Assembly (NCBI GenBank): GCA_964016885.1
Contig: OZ024740.1
Location: forward strand, 383,718,001 to 383,782,000
DNA: 64,000 nucleotides
From: Eledone cirrhosa
Lineage: Eukaryota
Direction of reading: 5' to 3'
In this document: in pieces, positions 1 to 13,660 of the stretch
Layout: every line of letters begins with the position of its first letter
Position numbering within the stretch: the stretch's first letter is position 1
Notes under the pieces: generated by a model
The model's database searches: none
The model's input: the letters and a program-made list of their open reading frames with translations, nothing else
What the model was told of the DNA's origin: nothing
Made by a program: the position numbers and the translations under genes

Positions 1-2640
1 GGATATCTTCCACATTGCTGTAGCTTTTAATGTGTTTATTATCGGGGCTATCTTTTTTACGAACTGCATTGTACAGTATTGTGGCCACTACATCATACTT
101 CATAGGTAAAGAGTACCGCGATAACATCTTTGGACAGCTGCTGATGACATCTTTGATATATCGATGTTAGTTCTGCAGAGTCTGCACTTGTTATCACTTC
201 TAGGTGTTTTTCCTGCAACCCTATCTCTTTTTTGAATCAGGTATTTCGTGTTAATCTCCTGTTCTTGGATTGCAAAAGCTTATCCTTCAAAGTGGGAGCC
301 AATATAGCGTTATTGGTCCAAGATAGACTACTTTCCTTATCTATATTACTCTCACTCTGGAGCTTCGTGGCAACATATCCATGCATTATTTTATCCATGG
401 ATTCACTGCGATACTGTTGAGCGACTTCCCTGGGTGTGAGTTTTTGATTATCACACAGGGAATATCTCTCGATGATTTCCCTACCAACTCTCATGATCTT
501 ATCTGTTTCATGCAGATAGACTTGCACGAAAAACGAGCTCCTACGTTTCGAGGTTCGTAGATGTTGTCGGAGACATATGATGCGACATTCAAATGTTGTC
601 TGGACTGATGTTAGGCTCTGCCTCCCTGCTTACGTTTCAAGTAAAGGCGGTCTATCTCACTGTTGATGGGGAAGTTTCCGGTGTTGTTTAGTATTTTTCG
701 AATTCCAACATCAACTGCTCGGATTTCGTCTATCGTCCAATTGAGTATTCCAAACGTTGGTGTTAGGACAGGCACTGCAAACACATTGTGAGCCACTGTT
801 TTGTTTTGCGCAGAGAGTTCCGATGACCAGATCTTTCTTAATCGGGTGTAGTATTCCCTGGTTACGTGTTCTTTATTACAGATACCATTATAGGATATGT
901 TCTCATTTATCCCCAGGTATCTGTAGCAGTCCTCATCAGATATCGGTGAAACAGTTAGGCCATTGATGACAATGTTTCTAGATTGGGTTGTTGTTATTCC
1001 CCGCTTTACAGTCATGTATGAGCATTTATCTTGGCTAAACTCCATTCCTATATCCTTTGTGAACGTTGTAACCAAGTCAAGACTTTTCTTCATCCCATCC
1101 ATGTTCTTGACATAGAGTTTCAGATCGCCCACAAAGAAATTATGGGATAGGTTCGTATTTCTGTCCTCCTGTGAGCCAATGATGTATGCCTCACATTTCT
1201 TGAGCAGAAAGTACAAGGGGTTTAATGACAAGATGAATAATATCACAGAGAGACTGTTCCCCTGAAATATACCACTGCAATATTTTATTTCATCAATGAA
1301 AATAGAATCCTCCCTCTCTGTCTTTAACCTTAGGATAGTAGCCCAAGAAGAAGACAGCCTCTCTATGGCTCTGACAATAATGTCTGGGACTTTAGCAAGT
1401 TGGAGGGCCTCTATCATTCAAGAGTGGGGAACATAATCTAAAGCTTTCCTGTAGTCCAACCAGACTGTAGCCATAATCCTCTTAAGTTGTCGCACCTCCG
1501 ACATCGCAGTTTTGTTGATTAGGAGTTGTTCAGCACATCCCCAAAACACTTTCTTTCCAGCTGCTTGTTCATCTGTGATGATGTTATTATTTTTACAGTG
1601 ATCTTGGAGGAATAGGTTCAGGCAGGCTGTATACATGTTATACATCAGGTTCTGGCATGCAATGGGTTGGTAGTATTTGGCCAAATGGGTGTCTTTGTTC
1701 TTGGGGACCAGTAATGTTTGTGCTAATGTCAACCATTCTGGTATGAGTGTATCTCCCTTAAGAACTTGTTGGTAGAGGTCAGTAAGATACCTCCGATAGA
1801 AAATCAATTGTTTGTACCAATAGCCGATAATCATGTCTCTTCCTGGTGTTTTCTTATCTTGGACTTTTCCTATCACAGTCTCAAGGGTACCCCCACTTAT
1901 TTCGTATGTTTTTGTTGTAGTGTATGAGCAATAATTCTTTCGGATTTCTCTTAGCCACACTGCATCTTGGTTGAAATTCTTCTTTTCTCCCCATATTTTG
2001 CTCCAAAAGAATCTATGTCTTTCTGGGATGGGGCCTCAGTGACACTTATTATTTCGTTCTTCATATCTCTATAGACTGATGTTTGGTTTCGTCTGAATTT
2101 TTTATTAATCACCTTTCTCTCATCTACCTTCTTCAGATATCGGCGTTTTTCGCTAACAGCTTTCAATTCTTGTTTGAGGGTGATCAGTTTATATTGAAAT
2201 GTTCTGGTTCTACTGTTACCAAACATCGTCTCTATTTTATTTTTCACTCTTTGTTGGTGAGGAGTGAGGTTTTATTGTGTGTGTTTGCATGTAAGGAGCA
2301 TTGTCACATATCCTATGGTTTTTCGTAGGTCAGCAATCTTTTTTCTATTTTAGTTATATATGATGGTATTTTTGGTGGTGTTCTGTTCTTGTTAATATCT
2401 CTGCTATCACCAAGATAATGCTCCACTGTTGTTGCTAAGGAATATAAACAGGCGTTGATTTGCCAAGATGTTGGGGTTTCTATCCGTCGTAAATATTCAT
2501 CCCCTATTTCGTCAATAACACGTAATATTTAATTATTTGTTTTTTTTTCTTATTAAACATTGTCGTTTTAACACGTTCAGCAAGATAAATTTTTATACAT
2601 AAATTAATTTCTCTCTGGAAGATTTCGTTGAGGGAAATAT
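1..2640 (-). mobile_element. R4/Dong-clade RLE non-LTR retrotransposon, 5'-truncated and frameshifted (family A); runs off the window start
   Basis: ORFs 1951-2247, 1418-1960, 611-1417 and 237-527 carry RT motifs (KTPGRD, YQPIAC, WLDYRKALD, GIFQGNSLS, FFVGDLKLY, YRYLG). CRLC knuckle near 170-190. Homologous to 33750-36360. The 5' junction abuts a GTATGTAT tract at 2641. Confidence 0.9.
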
Positions 2641-4031
2641 GTATGTATCTGTGTATGAATCCATCTCAGGCACGATGCACTCCAGTTGAGTAGAAAAAAA
2701 TGACAATTTAGGGACAGAGAACACCAAAGATCACGCAGGCGATTATCATTTAAAAGAAAGCGGGGAATTAAATGTCGGCATTTTTTGAAATATGTTGATT
2801 AAATATCAGATATATAGAACAGATTTTGTACTTGCACACCTAACATCTGACATATTAACGCACACACGTATAATGGATAACTCTAAAGACAATTACAACT
2901 AGATATACAGGGTTCGACATATACACGCATGCATACACATATCCAAGCACATAACTCCATACGAAAAAGCTAAATTATCTCATCTATTGCAGCTTGACAC
3001 AACATTTTCATTACATAATTGACATAAAAACATAAATAACAACATTTAACAGGAATACACAACATTATACAACTCAGTTTAGAGACGTTGAAACTTCCGG
3101 CAGCTATAACTAGACATCCTCTTACATAAAAAGAAAGAAAAATAGGGTGAATCGATAGCGACAAGAATAGCACGAACTGATGCATATAGGTGGTGGCTAT
3201 TTTCTTCCCCCACTTGATATTGAACCCACCCTCGTGGAGTCTGTCAGTCACCATCAAAGGAGACATGACGTCAGAGGTCAACATCAGATAGTCAGACACC
3301 CCCTATGGAAGCCCTTTTTTTCATCACTTCCCTATCTCATGGTAAACGAAGCTTCGTATCTACAACACGTGAATAAAAAGGTTCATGTTGGTTGATAACA
3401 AAGGCAAGGCTTTCGCCATCTTATCTGATTAAATTCATTATTTAATTTGTTTTCTACTTTTATGGAACAAGATTGTATAATTTAATTGGAATTTGTTGAA
3501 TAATGAACAATTGATTAATCGATGGGTTAATTTGAGTAATAGTCGGTGGAAATTCGCATTTTCTAAGAACATTTATGTGTTGTTGGTATTGTGATATTTT
3601 CCTTTACAATTTATAGAATCTTTGACCATTTGACTAGATACTATTCGCCGAATTATATGTTTTTCCATGAAGAACTTAATCAGAGTTGACGGCCAGAGCT
3701 GGTTGCAATTCTCAGAGTCGCAGAACTAGTTACAGGAATGAAAGAATGTATCCTCAAATAGGAGAGCTTTTCTAAATGCTTTTAAAATGGTCATCTCCGC
3801 TAAAGGCAGCAAATCCCCAACTGGTGTTCTTTACCCTCTTTATATATATATATATGTATATATATATATTGTTATACTTTGGGAGGGTCATGTTGCCAAT
3901 AAGAAACACACGCACTAGTTGCTTTCACTTCAATTTATTATATATTTATAAATTTATAAATTTACAAATCTACAAACTTATAAATTTCTGGTTGGTTGGT
4001 TGGTTCCACAACCAGATAGTTGTTTATATAT

Positions 4032-4076
4032 ATACATAGTCCTTTCGTCACACACTCTGTGACCTCTTCAGTGACT
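4032..4076 (-). ncRNA. Minimal type-I hammerhead ribozyme, helix I damaged
   Basis: Minus strand: agtca-CTGAAGA-g-gtcaca(gagtg)tgtgac-GAAA-gga-CTA-tgtat. The 3' strand reads tgtat instead of tgact. Confidence 0.7.
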
Positions 4077-4371
4077 GGGATTCCTTTCTTTGTTTCTGTG
4101 CCTTTCCTTTCTTCTATCCTACGCCATTTTGTTTCTGTGTGTGTGTGTTGTGTGCTGAGTTTGCGCATGCGCCGAATCCGGGTGTCTGTTTGTGTTCATT
4201 TATCTATTTGTTTATTTATTTATTTATTTATTGTTGGTTGGTTGTTGTTCTATGTGTGTGTGTGTTTTTATTTTGTCCTGTGTGTGTTTTCATTTTATCC
4301 TTAATTGTAAGTTGTTTGTTCTATGTGTGTGTGTGTTTTCATTTTGTCCTGTGTGTGTTTTCATTTTGTCC

Positions 4372-6879
4372 TTAATTGTAAGTTGTGATGTTGCTGTTCC
4401 ACTCATATTTTCTATTTAATTTTGGTTGTAATTCTTTTATGCTTACTGCCTCTGTAATTTGCCTAAACATTGCATCTTTTCTGTGTGTGGATTCTATTTT
4501 TATTTCTATGTTCTCTAATCTACCCCTGTGTTCTATCTTAGCATGTTGGTAGAGCACAGATGATTCTTTATTATTTTGAAGGTCTCGCCAGTGTTCATTT
4601 ATTCGTTCCCCTATATTACGAGCTGTCTCACCTATGTACACTATATTTTTGTTTCTACATTGTCCTTCAGTACATCTCATGCTATACACTACATTTCTAG
4701 TTTTACAGTTAATATGGGGGCTTATTTTACAGGTTATACATTTCTTATCTATACATGAGGGTCTTTGTAACGGGTATGTCTTGCTAATAAGTGTTTTTAC
4801 GGAGGTACCTGGTCTTTCTACTATCTTAATATTGAGTTTATGTTTATTTAGGGCCCTTCTAAATTTGTAGGCTAGTTCGCCTCTAGGGGTTGTATTGATG
4901 AACATTACACTCTGGTATTTATTGCTATCATACCATGAGTTTATTCTATTGGCCTTGTTCCTAGTTCTTTCTATTCTATTCCAAAATTTGCTCCTATACA
5001 AGGGGCAGGTCCCATTTATGTCATTATTTACCATTTTTTCCCATTTGGTTCTGGCTCCTTTATACACTCTGATTCTATCTCTCTGATTGTAGCCAGAGAA
5101 CTGCATACGGTGGATGAAGTGTTGTATGTGTCTCTCTAGTTCTTCGGGGTTGCACATGCGGGACACATTTCTCATCACCCGTACCAAATCCGCAATCAGT
5201 ATGTTGATTTTGGTATGGCCCGAAATGGCCGAGTTTCGGTGGATCAGATGTTTGGAAGTCATGGGTTTGGCATAATGGGAATGGAGGATTTGTTTTTGGT
5301 TGTTAATGGTATCTAACCAGAGCTCTGTGTCTAGTACAGGTAGTCGATGGTTGGGGTGTCTACTTGGGTAGTCTATAGTAATTCAATTGCTCTGGTGGAT
5401 GGAGTTTGCTATTTGCTGGATGCTTTCCATTCTGTTTTTCTCTAGTTCCTGACTGTTCTTTAGTGGGGGTGTCCTAACTACGATGTTTATATCATCTACG
5501 TAGCGGGAGTACATTTTCAGGGTTAAGCTGTCTTCTAAATGTTCTTTAAGTTTTTGTTTAAGTCTACTGTCCAACCATACCATGAATAAGTTAGCTATGT
5601 CGCCTGCAATGCTAACACCAATGGCTGCTCCTTCCTCTTGGGCATATGTTTTACCATTAAATTTGAACATATGTTCCTTAAGGGTTAATTTTATGCTGGC
5701 CCCTACCGCATGTGCAATCATTTTCTTCAGTTCATCGTGGTTTTCGGTTGTCCGTATGGCTCTGGTCCACCCGTTCCATCTATCTGTGTGGGTTTTCTTG
5801 GCCATTGAGGTAATGGTAGGTGGTCTGCCTCTTGCTGGTCTTGTAGGGCACAGGTTGCTAAGTTCATAAGTGTCTAGGTAACTATTACTATGGGTAAGCT
5901 TAAGTAGAAGTCCCAGCTCACTGGTATCAATCCCACGGAACTCAACCTTGCTCTCGCTGATCATTTCTACGCATTTCTCCACAGCAAAATCTACGTCAAT
6001 AGATGGATACAGGGACACAACATCCATACTGCCTATTATGCAGTGTGTTAGGTCCCCAGATCGGTTACACGCGCCGATTATGCTGAGGAGGTCCTCCGTG
6101 CTGTCACATACATCTGCGGACATCTCAATGATGGGGCGTATGATCAGGAAGAGGAAGTAGGACAGTATGTAGTTACTAGCAATGTTAGCTCCACAGACTG
6201 GCCGCGTTGGTGGTCCCGCGACAGGGTCCCAGCCCGTTTTATGGTCTTTTCGAAGCCCATACAACGCCGGCACGTCATTGTTCCAGGCCTGGAAGTTGTT
6301 GGCAGTCCTTTTGTTGGGCTGCATTATATTCGTCCACATCACCATATGGGCATTGGGGGCTTGTTCTCTATCCTCATGCTCCTGTGGTGTTACCTCTCTT
6401 GTGTTAGTGATGTGGGGTTGCATTGCCTGGATGTAGTTTGGCAGGCTGTCAACCGACATTCTGCCAGACTTGTCTGTTGGAAAGCATGCTATCTCTCCAT
6501 TACGCGAGCGCTGCATGAGCTTACGCAAGCCATTTGCAGATTTTTCTCCCAGTTGCTGGGCCTCTATTCTATTATGCTTCTTGCTATACTGTTCTATAAT
6601 ATTTCTAAGTTCGGATTTAGCTATACTAAATTGTGCTTCTGTTTGTTCATCGACCTGCGACGGCAACTGCGTGCGTTTGTTAAATGGCAAAGTCGTGGCG
6701 TGGACTCGTCGCAGGTCGAATGATTTATCGGAGTGATTATAAAACGGAGAGTTCCAGGCTGCTTCTTTATGTGTACTAGTGCTACTGTTATTGTTAGTTG
6801 TGTTGTTTCTATTTCTATTTCCACCAACAGCCTCATGGTTGTTTCTATGTCTCTCATAATTACTCCTGTCTCTTTCCAC
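4372..6879 (-). pseudogene. PLE RT/GIY-YIG ORF in one reading frame, interrupted by an in-frame TGA at 5383-5385 (further TAA upstream near 6969)
   Basis: ORFs 5383-6879 and 4372-5262 are in the same frame; YVDD and YIGET are intact. Confidence 0.9.
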
Positions 6880-9800
6880 TGGCTCAATGTTGTTATCTAC
6901 CCTATTTTGTGTGTCTGTGTGTTCGTCTTGGTTATTCTCTTTGTCCTTAGTCTCCCATCTCTTTTACCTTTTAATCCTATTACTTTCCCTTATTTCTCTG
7001 ATTTCTGTGCTACTGTCATTACTTGTTTTCTGTGTCTGTGTGTTTGTTAAGATTGTGGTGGTGGTGAGAGGCATTGAATGCGTGTGTGTTGTTGATGTGT
7101 GTTGTTGTTGATGTGTGTTGTTGTTGTCTCACACATCCCAACAACAACAGACACACAGACACAAACAACAATAACAACAACATACACATCAACAACAACA
7201 ACAATAGCAACATACCCAGATACAACAACAACAGACTCGCAGACACAAACAACAATAACAACACACACAACAACGATAACACACACGGAGACAACAACAC
7301 ACATCAACAACAACACACATCAACAACAACAACACACACGCATTCAATGCCTCTCACCACCACCACAATCTTAACAAACACACAGACACAGAAAACAAGT
7401 AATGACAGTAGCACAGAAATCAGAGAAATAAGGGAAAGTAATAGGATTAAAAGGAAAAGGAGATGGGAGACTAAGGACAAAGAGAATAACCAAGACGAAC
7501 ACACAGACACACAAAATAGGGTAGATAACAACATTGAGCTAGTGGAGAGAGACAGGAGTAATTATGAGAGACATAGAAACAACCATGAGGCTGTTGGTGG
7601 AAATAGAAATAGAAACAACACAACTATCAATAACAATAGCACTAGTACACATAAAGCAGCAGCCTGGAACTCTCCGTTTTATAATCCCTCCGATAAATCA
7701 TTCGACCTGCGACGAGTCCACGCCACGACTTTGCCATTTAACAAACGCACGCAGTTGCCGTCGCAGGTCGATGAACAAACAGAAGCACAATTTAGTATAG
7801 CTAAATCCGAACTTAGAAATATTATAGAACAGTATAGCAAGAAGCATAATAGAATAGAGGCCCAGCAACTGGGAGAAAAATCTGCAAATGGCTTGCGTAA
7901 GCTCATGCAGCGCTCGCGTAATGGAGAGATAGCATGCTTTCCAACAGACAAGTCTGGCAGAATGTCGGTTGACAGCCTGCCAAACTACATCCAGGCAATG
8001 CAACCCCACATCACTAACACAAGAGAGGTAACACCACAGGAGCATGAGGATAGAGAAAAAGCCCTCAATGCCCATATGGTGATGTGGACGAATATAATGC
8101 AGCCCAACAAAAGGACTGCCAACAACTTCCAGGCCTGGAACAATGACGTGCCGGCGTTGTATGGGCTTCGAAAAGACCATAAAACGGGCTGGGACCCTGT
8201 CGCGGGACCACCAACACGGCCAGTCTGTGGAGCTAACATTGCTAGTAACTACAGACTGTCCTACTTCCTCTCCCTGATCATACGCCCCATCATTGAGATG
8301 TCCCCCAGATGTATGTGACAGCACGGAGGAAATCCTCAGCAGAATCGGCGCGTGTAACCGATCTGGGGACATAACAAACTGCATAATAGGCAGTATGGAT
8401 GTTGTGCCCCTGTATCCATCTATTGACGTGGATGTTGCTGTGGAGAAATGCGTAGAAATGATCAGCGAGAGCAAGGTTGAGTTCCGTGGGATTGATACCA
8501 GTGAGCTGGGACTTCTACTTAAGCTTACCCATAGTAATAGTTACCTAGACACTTATGAACTTAGCAACCTGTGCCCTACAAGACCAGCAAGAGGCAGACC
8601 ACCTACCGTTACCTCAATGGCCAAGAAAACCCACACAGATAGATGGAACGGGTGGACCAGAGCCATACGGACACCCGAAAACCACGATGAACTGAAGAAA
8701 ATGATTGCACATGCGGTAGGGGCCAGCATAAAATTAACCCTTAAGGAACATATGTTCAAATTTAATGGTAAAACATATGCCCAAGAGGAAGGAGCAGCCA
8801 TTGGTGTTAGCATTGCAGGCGACATAGCTAACTTATTCATGGTATGGTGGGACAGTAGACTTAAAAAAAAACTTAAAGAACAATTAGAATCAGCTTAACC
8901 CTGATAATGTACTCCCGCTACGTAGATGATATAAACATCGTAGTTAGGACACCCCCACTAAAGAACAGTCAGTAACTAGAGAAAAACACAATGGAAAGCA
9001 TCCAGCAAATAGCAAACTCCATCCACCAGAGCATTAGATTTACTATAGACTACCCGAGTAGACACCCCAACCATCGATTACCTGTACTAGACACAGAGCT
9101 CTGGTTAGATACCATTAACAACCAAAAACAAATCCTCCATTCCCATTATGCCAAACCCATGACTTCCAAACATCTGATCCACCGAAACTCGGCCATTTCG
9201 GGCCATACCAAAATCAACATACTGATTGCGGATTTGGTACGGGTGATGAGAAATGTGTCCCGCATGTGCAACCCCGAAGAACTAGAGAGACACATACAAC
9301 ACTTCATCCACCGTATGCAGTTCTCTGGCTACAATCAGAGAGATAGAATCAGAGTGTATAAAGGAGCCAGAACCAAATGGGAAAAAATGGTAAATAATGA
9401 CATAAATGGGACCTGCCCCTTGTATAGGAGCAAATTTTGGAATAGAATAGAAAGAACTAGGAACAAGGCCAATAGAATAAACTCATGGTATGATAGCAAT
9501 AAATACCAGAGTGTAATGTTCATCAATACAACCCCTAGAGGCGAACTAGCCTACAAATTTAGAAGGGCCCTAAATAAACATAAACTTAATATTAAGATAG
9601 TAGAAAGACCAGGTACCTCCGTAAAAACACTTATTAGCAAGACATACCCGTTCCAAAGACCCTCATGTATAGATAAGAAATGTATAACCTGTAAAATAAG
9701 CCCCCATATTAACTGTAAAACTAGAAATGTAGTGTATAGCATAAGATGTACTGAAGGACAATGTAGAAACAAAAATATAGTGTACATAGATGAGACAGCT

Positions 9801-10245
9801 CGTAGTATAGGGGAACGAATAAATGAACACTGGCGAGACCTTCAAAACAATAAAGAATCATCTGTGCTCTACCAACATGCTAAGATAGAACACAGGGGTA
9901 GATTAGAGATCATAGACATAAAAATAGAATCCACACACAGAAAAGATGCAATGTTTAGGCAAATTACAGAGGCAGTAAGCATAAAAGAATTACAACCAAA
10001 ATTAAATAGAAAATATGAGTGGAACAGCAACATCACAACTTACAATTAAGGACAAAATGAAAACACACACAGGACAAAATGAAAACACACACACACATAG
10101 AACAAACAACTTACAATTAAGGACAAAATGAAAACACACACAGGACAAAATAAAATCACACACACACATAAACAAACAACCAACCAACAATAAATAAATA
10201 AATAAATAAACAAATAGATAAATGAACACAAACACACACAGACAC

Positions 10246-10299
10246 CCGGATGTGGCGCATGCGCAAACTGAGCACACAACACACAGAAACAAAATGGCG
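10246..10299 (+). promoter_or_regulatory. Putative PLE pLTR promoter motifs (ETS-like, NRF1-like, YY1-like)
   Basis: CCGGATGT 10246-10253, GCGCATGCGCA 10255-10265 and AAAATGGCG 10291-10299, just upstream of the HHR. Confidence 0.4.
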
Positions 10300-10345
10300 T
10301 AGGATAGAAGAAAGGAAAGGCACAGAAACAAAGAAAGGAATCCCC

Positions 10346-10390
10346 AGTCACTGAAGAGGTCACAGAGTGTGTGACGAAAGGACTATGACT
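10346..10390 (+). ncRNA. Minimal type-I hammerhead ribozyme in the PLE 3' pLTR
   Basis: agtca-CTGAAGA-g-gtcaca(gagtg)tgtgac-GAAA-gga-CTA-tgact. Helix I is agtca/tgact, helix II is 6 bp, helix III is vestigial. Confidence 0.85.
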
Positions 10391-10610
10391 ATATATAAAC
10401 AACTATCTGGTTGTGGAACCAACCAACCAACCAGAAATTTATAAGTTTGTAGATTTGTAAATTTACAAATTTATAAATATATAATAAATTGAAGTGAAAG
10501 CAACTGGTGCGTGTGTTTCTTATTGGCAACATGACCCTCTCAAAGTATAACAATAACGGTTTCAACACACGATTTCAGATAAAGAATCTTGCTAAACAAA
10601 TTCAGAAACG

Positions 10611-10667
<57 letters not shown>

Positions 10668-10744
10668 TACGCGTGTGGCGGGAGGGCGTGCGTGTGCGTG
10701 TGTGTGTTAAATATGAAAGTATATATATATATATATATATATAA

Positions 10745-11115
10745 AACAAGCGGCAGAAATGGGATTCCTCCAAACGGTCTTGGAAATAACGTTACTCGAT
10801 AACGTGCATAGATCCATGATCTGAGATTTACTCCAGGTAGAGCCGCTCCTTCTCAGAATTGAGAAATTACAGCTCTGATATTATGGGCATAACCAATCGG
10901 CGAGATACCCCATGCAGATGGTTGGACAGCATACATGATCTTGGCTGGTCAGACTTGGGGATGCAGGCGGATTAGTTCGAGACGGTTGTTTCTGACAGGA
11001 ACCGCTGGAGGGAGTATTTTAGGACTCTGCCCTTAGGACAGTTTCATGAATAAGTGATAGAAGAAGAAGAAGAAGACCAACAACAACAACAACAACCACA
11101 ACACAACAACAACAA
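10745..11115 (+). mobile_element. RTE-clade LINE 3' fragment, degenerate, with (GAA)n(CAA)n tail
   Basis: Remnant peptides KLQL*YYGH, RWLDSI and VSDRNRWRE, followed by a simple-repeat tail at 11059-11115. Confidence 0.6.
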
Positions 11116-12359
11116 CATATTTCACGTATTTTCAGCAGAATATATTCTGATTCCAGCATAATTTAGAAATCACCTGATATATCCGCTTCAAATATAAATC
11201 ACCACTATTAATAGCAATAAGGAAGCAAAGCAAATTAAATTAGATAAATAGATTAATACATTCAAAAAGAAATAAATGCAAATAAAATTAATTGAATGGG
11301 TGTGTGCAATTGTAAAAGTGCTTCAGCCTAGTCAGAAGCAGAATACTGTAGACCAGCTACATAAATAAATAGCTAAAATATAACGCTTTATACTCTAACA
11401 TCTTAGTAATTATCTTTCTATTAATTTAATGTGCGTGCTGGTGTAAGAGATTGTGGTGGGATATTATGGTGGTGGGTTTCATGGTTCTAATTAGCTTGTT
11501 GTGGTGGTTGTTGCTGCATCATCAATATTTATTTCTTAGCACGTCGTTGTGAAAGGGAACGGTAAGAGTGTGGAGAGAGAGAGAATGAGAGGTCTAAAAG
11601 AATAATTACTTTAACGCAAAATAATGTTTATCCTTAAATTACATATAAATTACATATAAATAGTCCATTTTTTGTTTAAGTCACTTGTTAAATTTATTGG
11701 TCGTATTTTTGTGAACAACATGTTGATTGTTGTATATATGCAATTACGTACTGTATATATTGCTTTCCTCTATATATATATAATTCATACATAATAGATT
11801 TCAAATGTCATCTTGATCTTTTTACTACTTGGTGGTTGTTTCTATTTAAACTGTGGAATTTCCACGGGGTCAGCTTATTTTATATAACGGTGTATTCCAA
11901 TTATAATGCTATACATATAAGTCTACATTATGTTCGGAAACTATTAATTTTACATCAAATTACCATAATTGATTTACAGTATAGATAGGTTTCATAAAAG
12001 TAAAATTATTATTGGCTCTCTTTGATTTTGAGGAATATCTAATAACTGAAATTTTCATTTGATTAACAACTTCATTCCACAAACCTTAATAATTTTACAA
12101 ACATTCCTACAACCTATCTGTCTGCTGAAGTAATGATAGATTGAAATCTCGAAAATGTGCGATATAGAAAGACTCTCGTTTCATTTGCCTATCACACTCT
12201 TAAAAGATTAATGTCTATTTCTATTTAACTAAAGTCCTTTAGATCTTTCATGTTTCAGTCATCTGTAAAAGTTTCAATGCCTACGTACACATCCATTATT
12301 AGAATCTAAACGCGCGCTTAGATTCCATCTATTCAGGAAATAGCTATTTTAAATTAATC

Positions 12360-12620
12360 TCCGTCAATATTTAATGATACTTGTGGGTGCCTCAATCTTG
12401 ACATTTCCTTCAAGGACTGCTGATGTCGATACAGATAGGATTTTTCTTGAACAACTAGATAACAACAGAAAAAAATATAGATGTGGAGGTAAGTTAAGAC
12501 GAATTATGTTTTGGATGAAACGATAGGGTTTTACTTTTACCGCGATGATCACAGAAATGGCAAGTGCATTGTTTTAAGTAGGGTTGAGATAGCTTTAAAC
12601 TAATGAGCCCCGCTTACCAT
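12360..12620 (-). mobile_element. Possible Helitron helicase C-terminal relic
   Basis: Weak, frameshifted resemblance to the LAFAMTINKSQGQTL...YVACSRV motifs (LAISVII..KSKTL..SCSR). Confidence 0.25.
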
Positions 12621-13629
12621 TGGTCTCTAGTTGTAGTAGAAATGGAAAATGTAGGTTGTTTGCTGGATGGAGGTCGAATCTAGTTCTAACTTGTTTCTAG
12701 TTAAAACAAACTTTATTATCCCTAATCCGAAAAAATGTTCGAAGATGCTATGCTTTGCTGAAGGTAGCTTCAGTGTAGCTGCAGGATAATGAATTTCAAT
12801 GCTTTCTTTTCTTTGAGCGTCTATTGCATTAGATACTTGTTTTACTATTACTTATGCATGAATAAGTTTTATTATAGAACGATACTTTATAAGAGAATAA
12901 ATTTACCGAAAGTACAAAATCATTATATTGAGATCCTTAATTGAAAAATCTCGTCATTCGATGGCGGTATGTTGCGACTGGTTTCAAGATTCAAATGTAT
13001 CAAAAATATGTACTGATTCTTGTATATGATATCCTTCAGACCATCAATCTATATACTACTAAATTGTATGCTTGTCTGTAATGTAATACAGCCAAAACGG
13101 CGCATAATGGGAAATCACTTTGAAAGGAAGTTGCCTCTGAAATAGGAATACAAATGGAATAAAATAAATTTCGTGTAAATCAGAGCAAGCGTTACCAAGA
13201 TACGGGGCTTTTCCGGGTACCTTCATAAATAGAGAGAGAGAAAGATAGAGAGAAAGATAAAGTGGTTTTGAGAGAAAGTGAGAGAGAGAGAAAAGAGAAG
13301 GAGACAGAGAAGGAAAAGGAAGAGAGAGAGAGAGAAGGGTGGGAGGGGGCTGGTGGTGTTGTTGAATGAAATCATAACACGTGCCTTCAAAGAATCGAAT
13401 ACAACAATACTGTATCTAACTAAAATTTGGTGACTGAATATTAAGTCATATGTATCATATAACTTGGGTTAGCACAGAATGTGTTTAGCGAATATTTCCT
13501 GCTAAATTGAAAGGGTTTAGTAATATATACCATTTTACATTATATACATATCTGTGTATATTTTGATTACTTAAACATTATTTTTAAGTGAACATGATTT
13601 TAAAAATATATATATATATGTTTAAGCGT

Positions 13630-13660
13630 ACGTGCTCCAACGGGTCACGGGTGGGCTAGT
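13630..13660 (+). mobile_element. Helitron-like 3' terminus
   Basis: cgtg...cacg hairpin, then GGTGGG and CTAG|T. Confidence 0.35.

Larger units (their letters stand above)
3868..7130 (-). mobile_element. Penelope-like element (Neptune-like), left arm of a head-to-head inverted pair
   Basis: RT (LYGLRKDHK, PTRPVC, SMDVVSLYPSI, GAAIG, RYVDD), linker Cx4CxxC (CIDKKCITC) and GIY-YIG (VVYSMRC..YIGETAR..ERINEH). Reverse complement of 7288-10554. The 3' end abuts (TA)n. Confidence 0.95.
7131..10613 (+). mobile_element. Penelope-like element, right arm
   Basis: ORFs 7074-8318, 8293-8898 and 8991-10049 (frameshifts near 8300 and 8890, stop near 8973, YIG changed to YID). N-terminus is Asn/Thr/His-rich, encoded by (AAC)n. 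Ends at (TA)n from 10614. Confidence 0.95.

Noticed and set aside
5383-5385. In-frame TGA in the PLE ORF as possible selenocysteine (known in Naiad PLEs)
   Set aside because: The other arm has AGA (Arg) there within a locally mutated patch, it is not a Cys position, and the endonuclease is C-terminal, unlike Naiad.
5582-8840. Antisense ORFs over the PLE RT
   Set aside because: They are shadow frames of the RT coding strand with no independent motifs.
3868-10613. Large inverted repeats as read-foldback assembly artefacts
   Set aside because: The arms carry distinct substitutions, indels, different end points and, at 20367, a private SINE with TSD.
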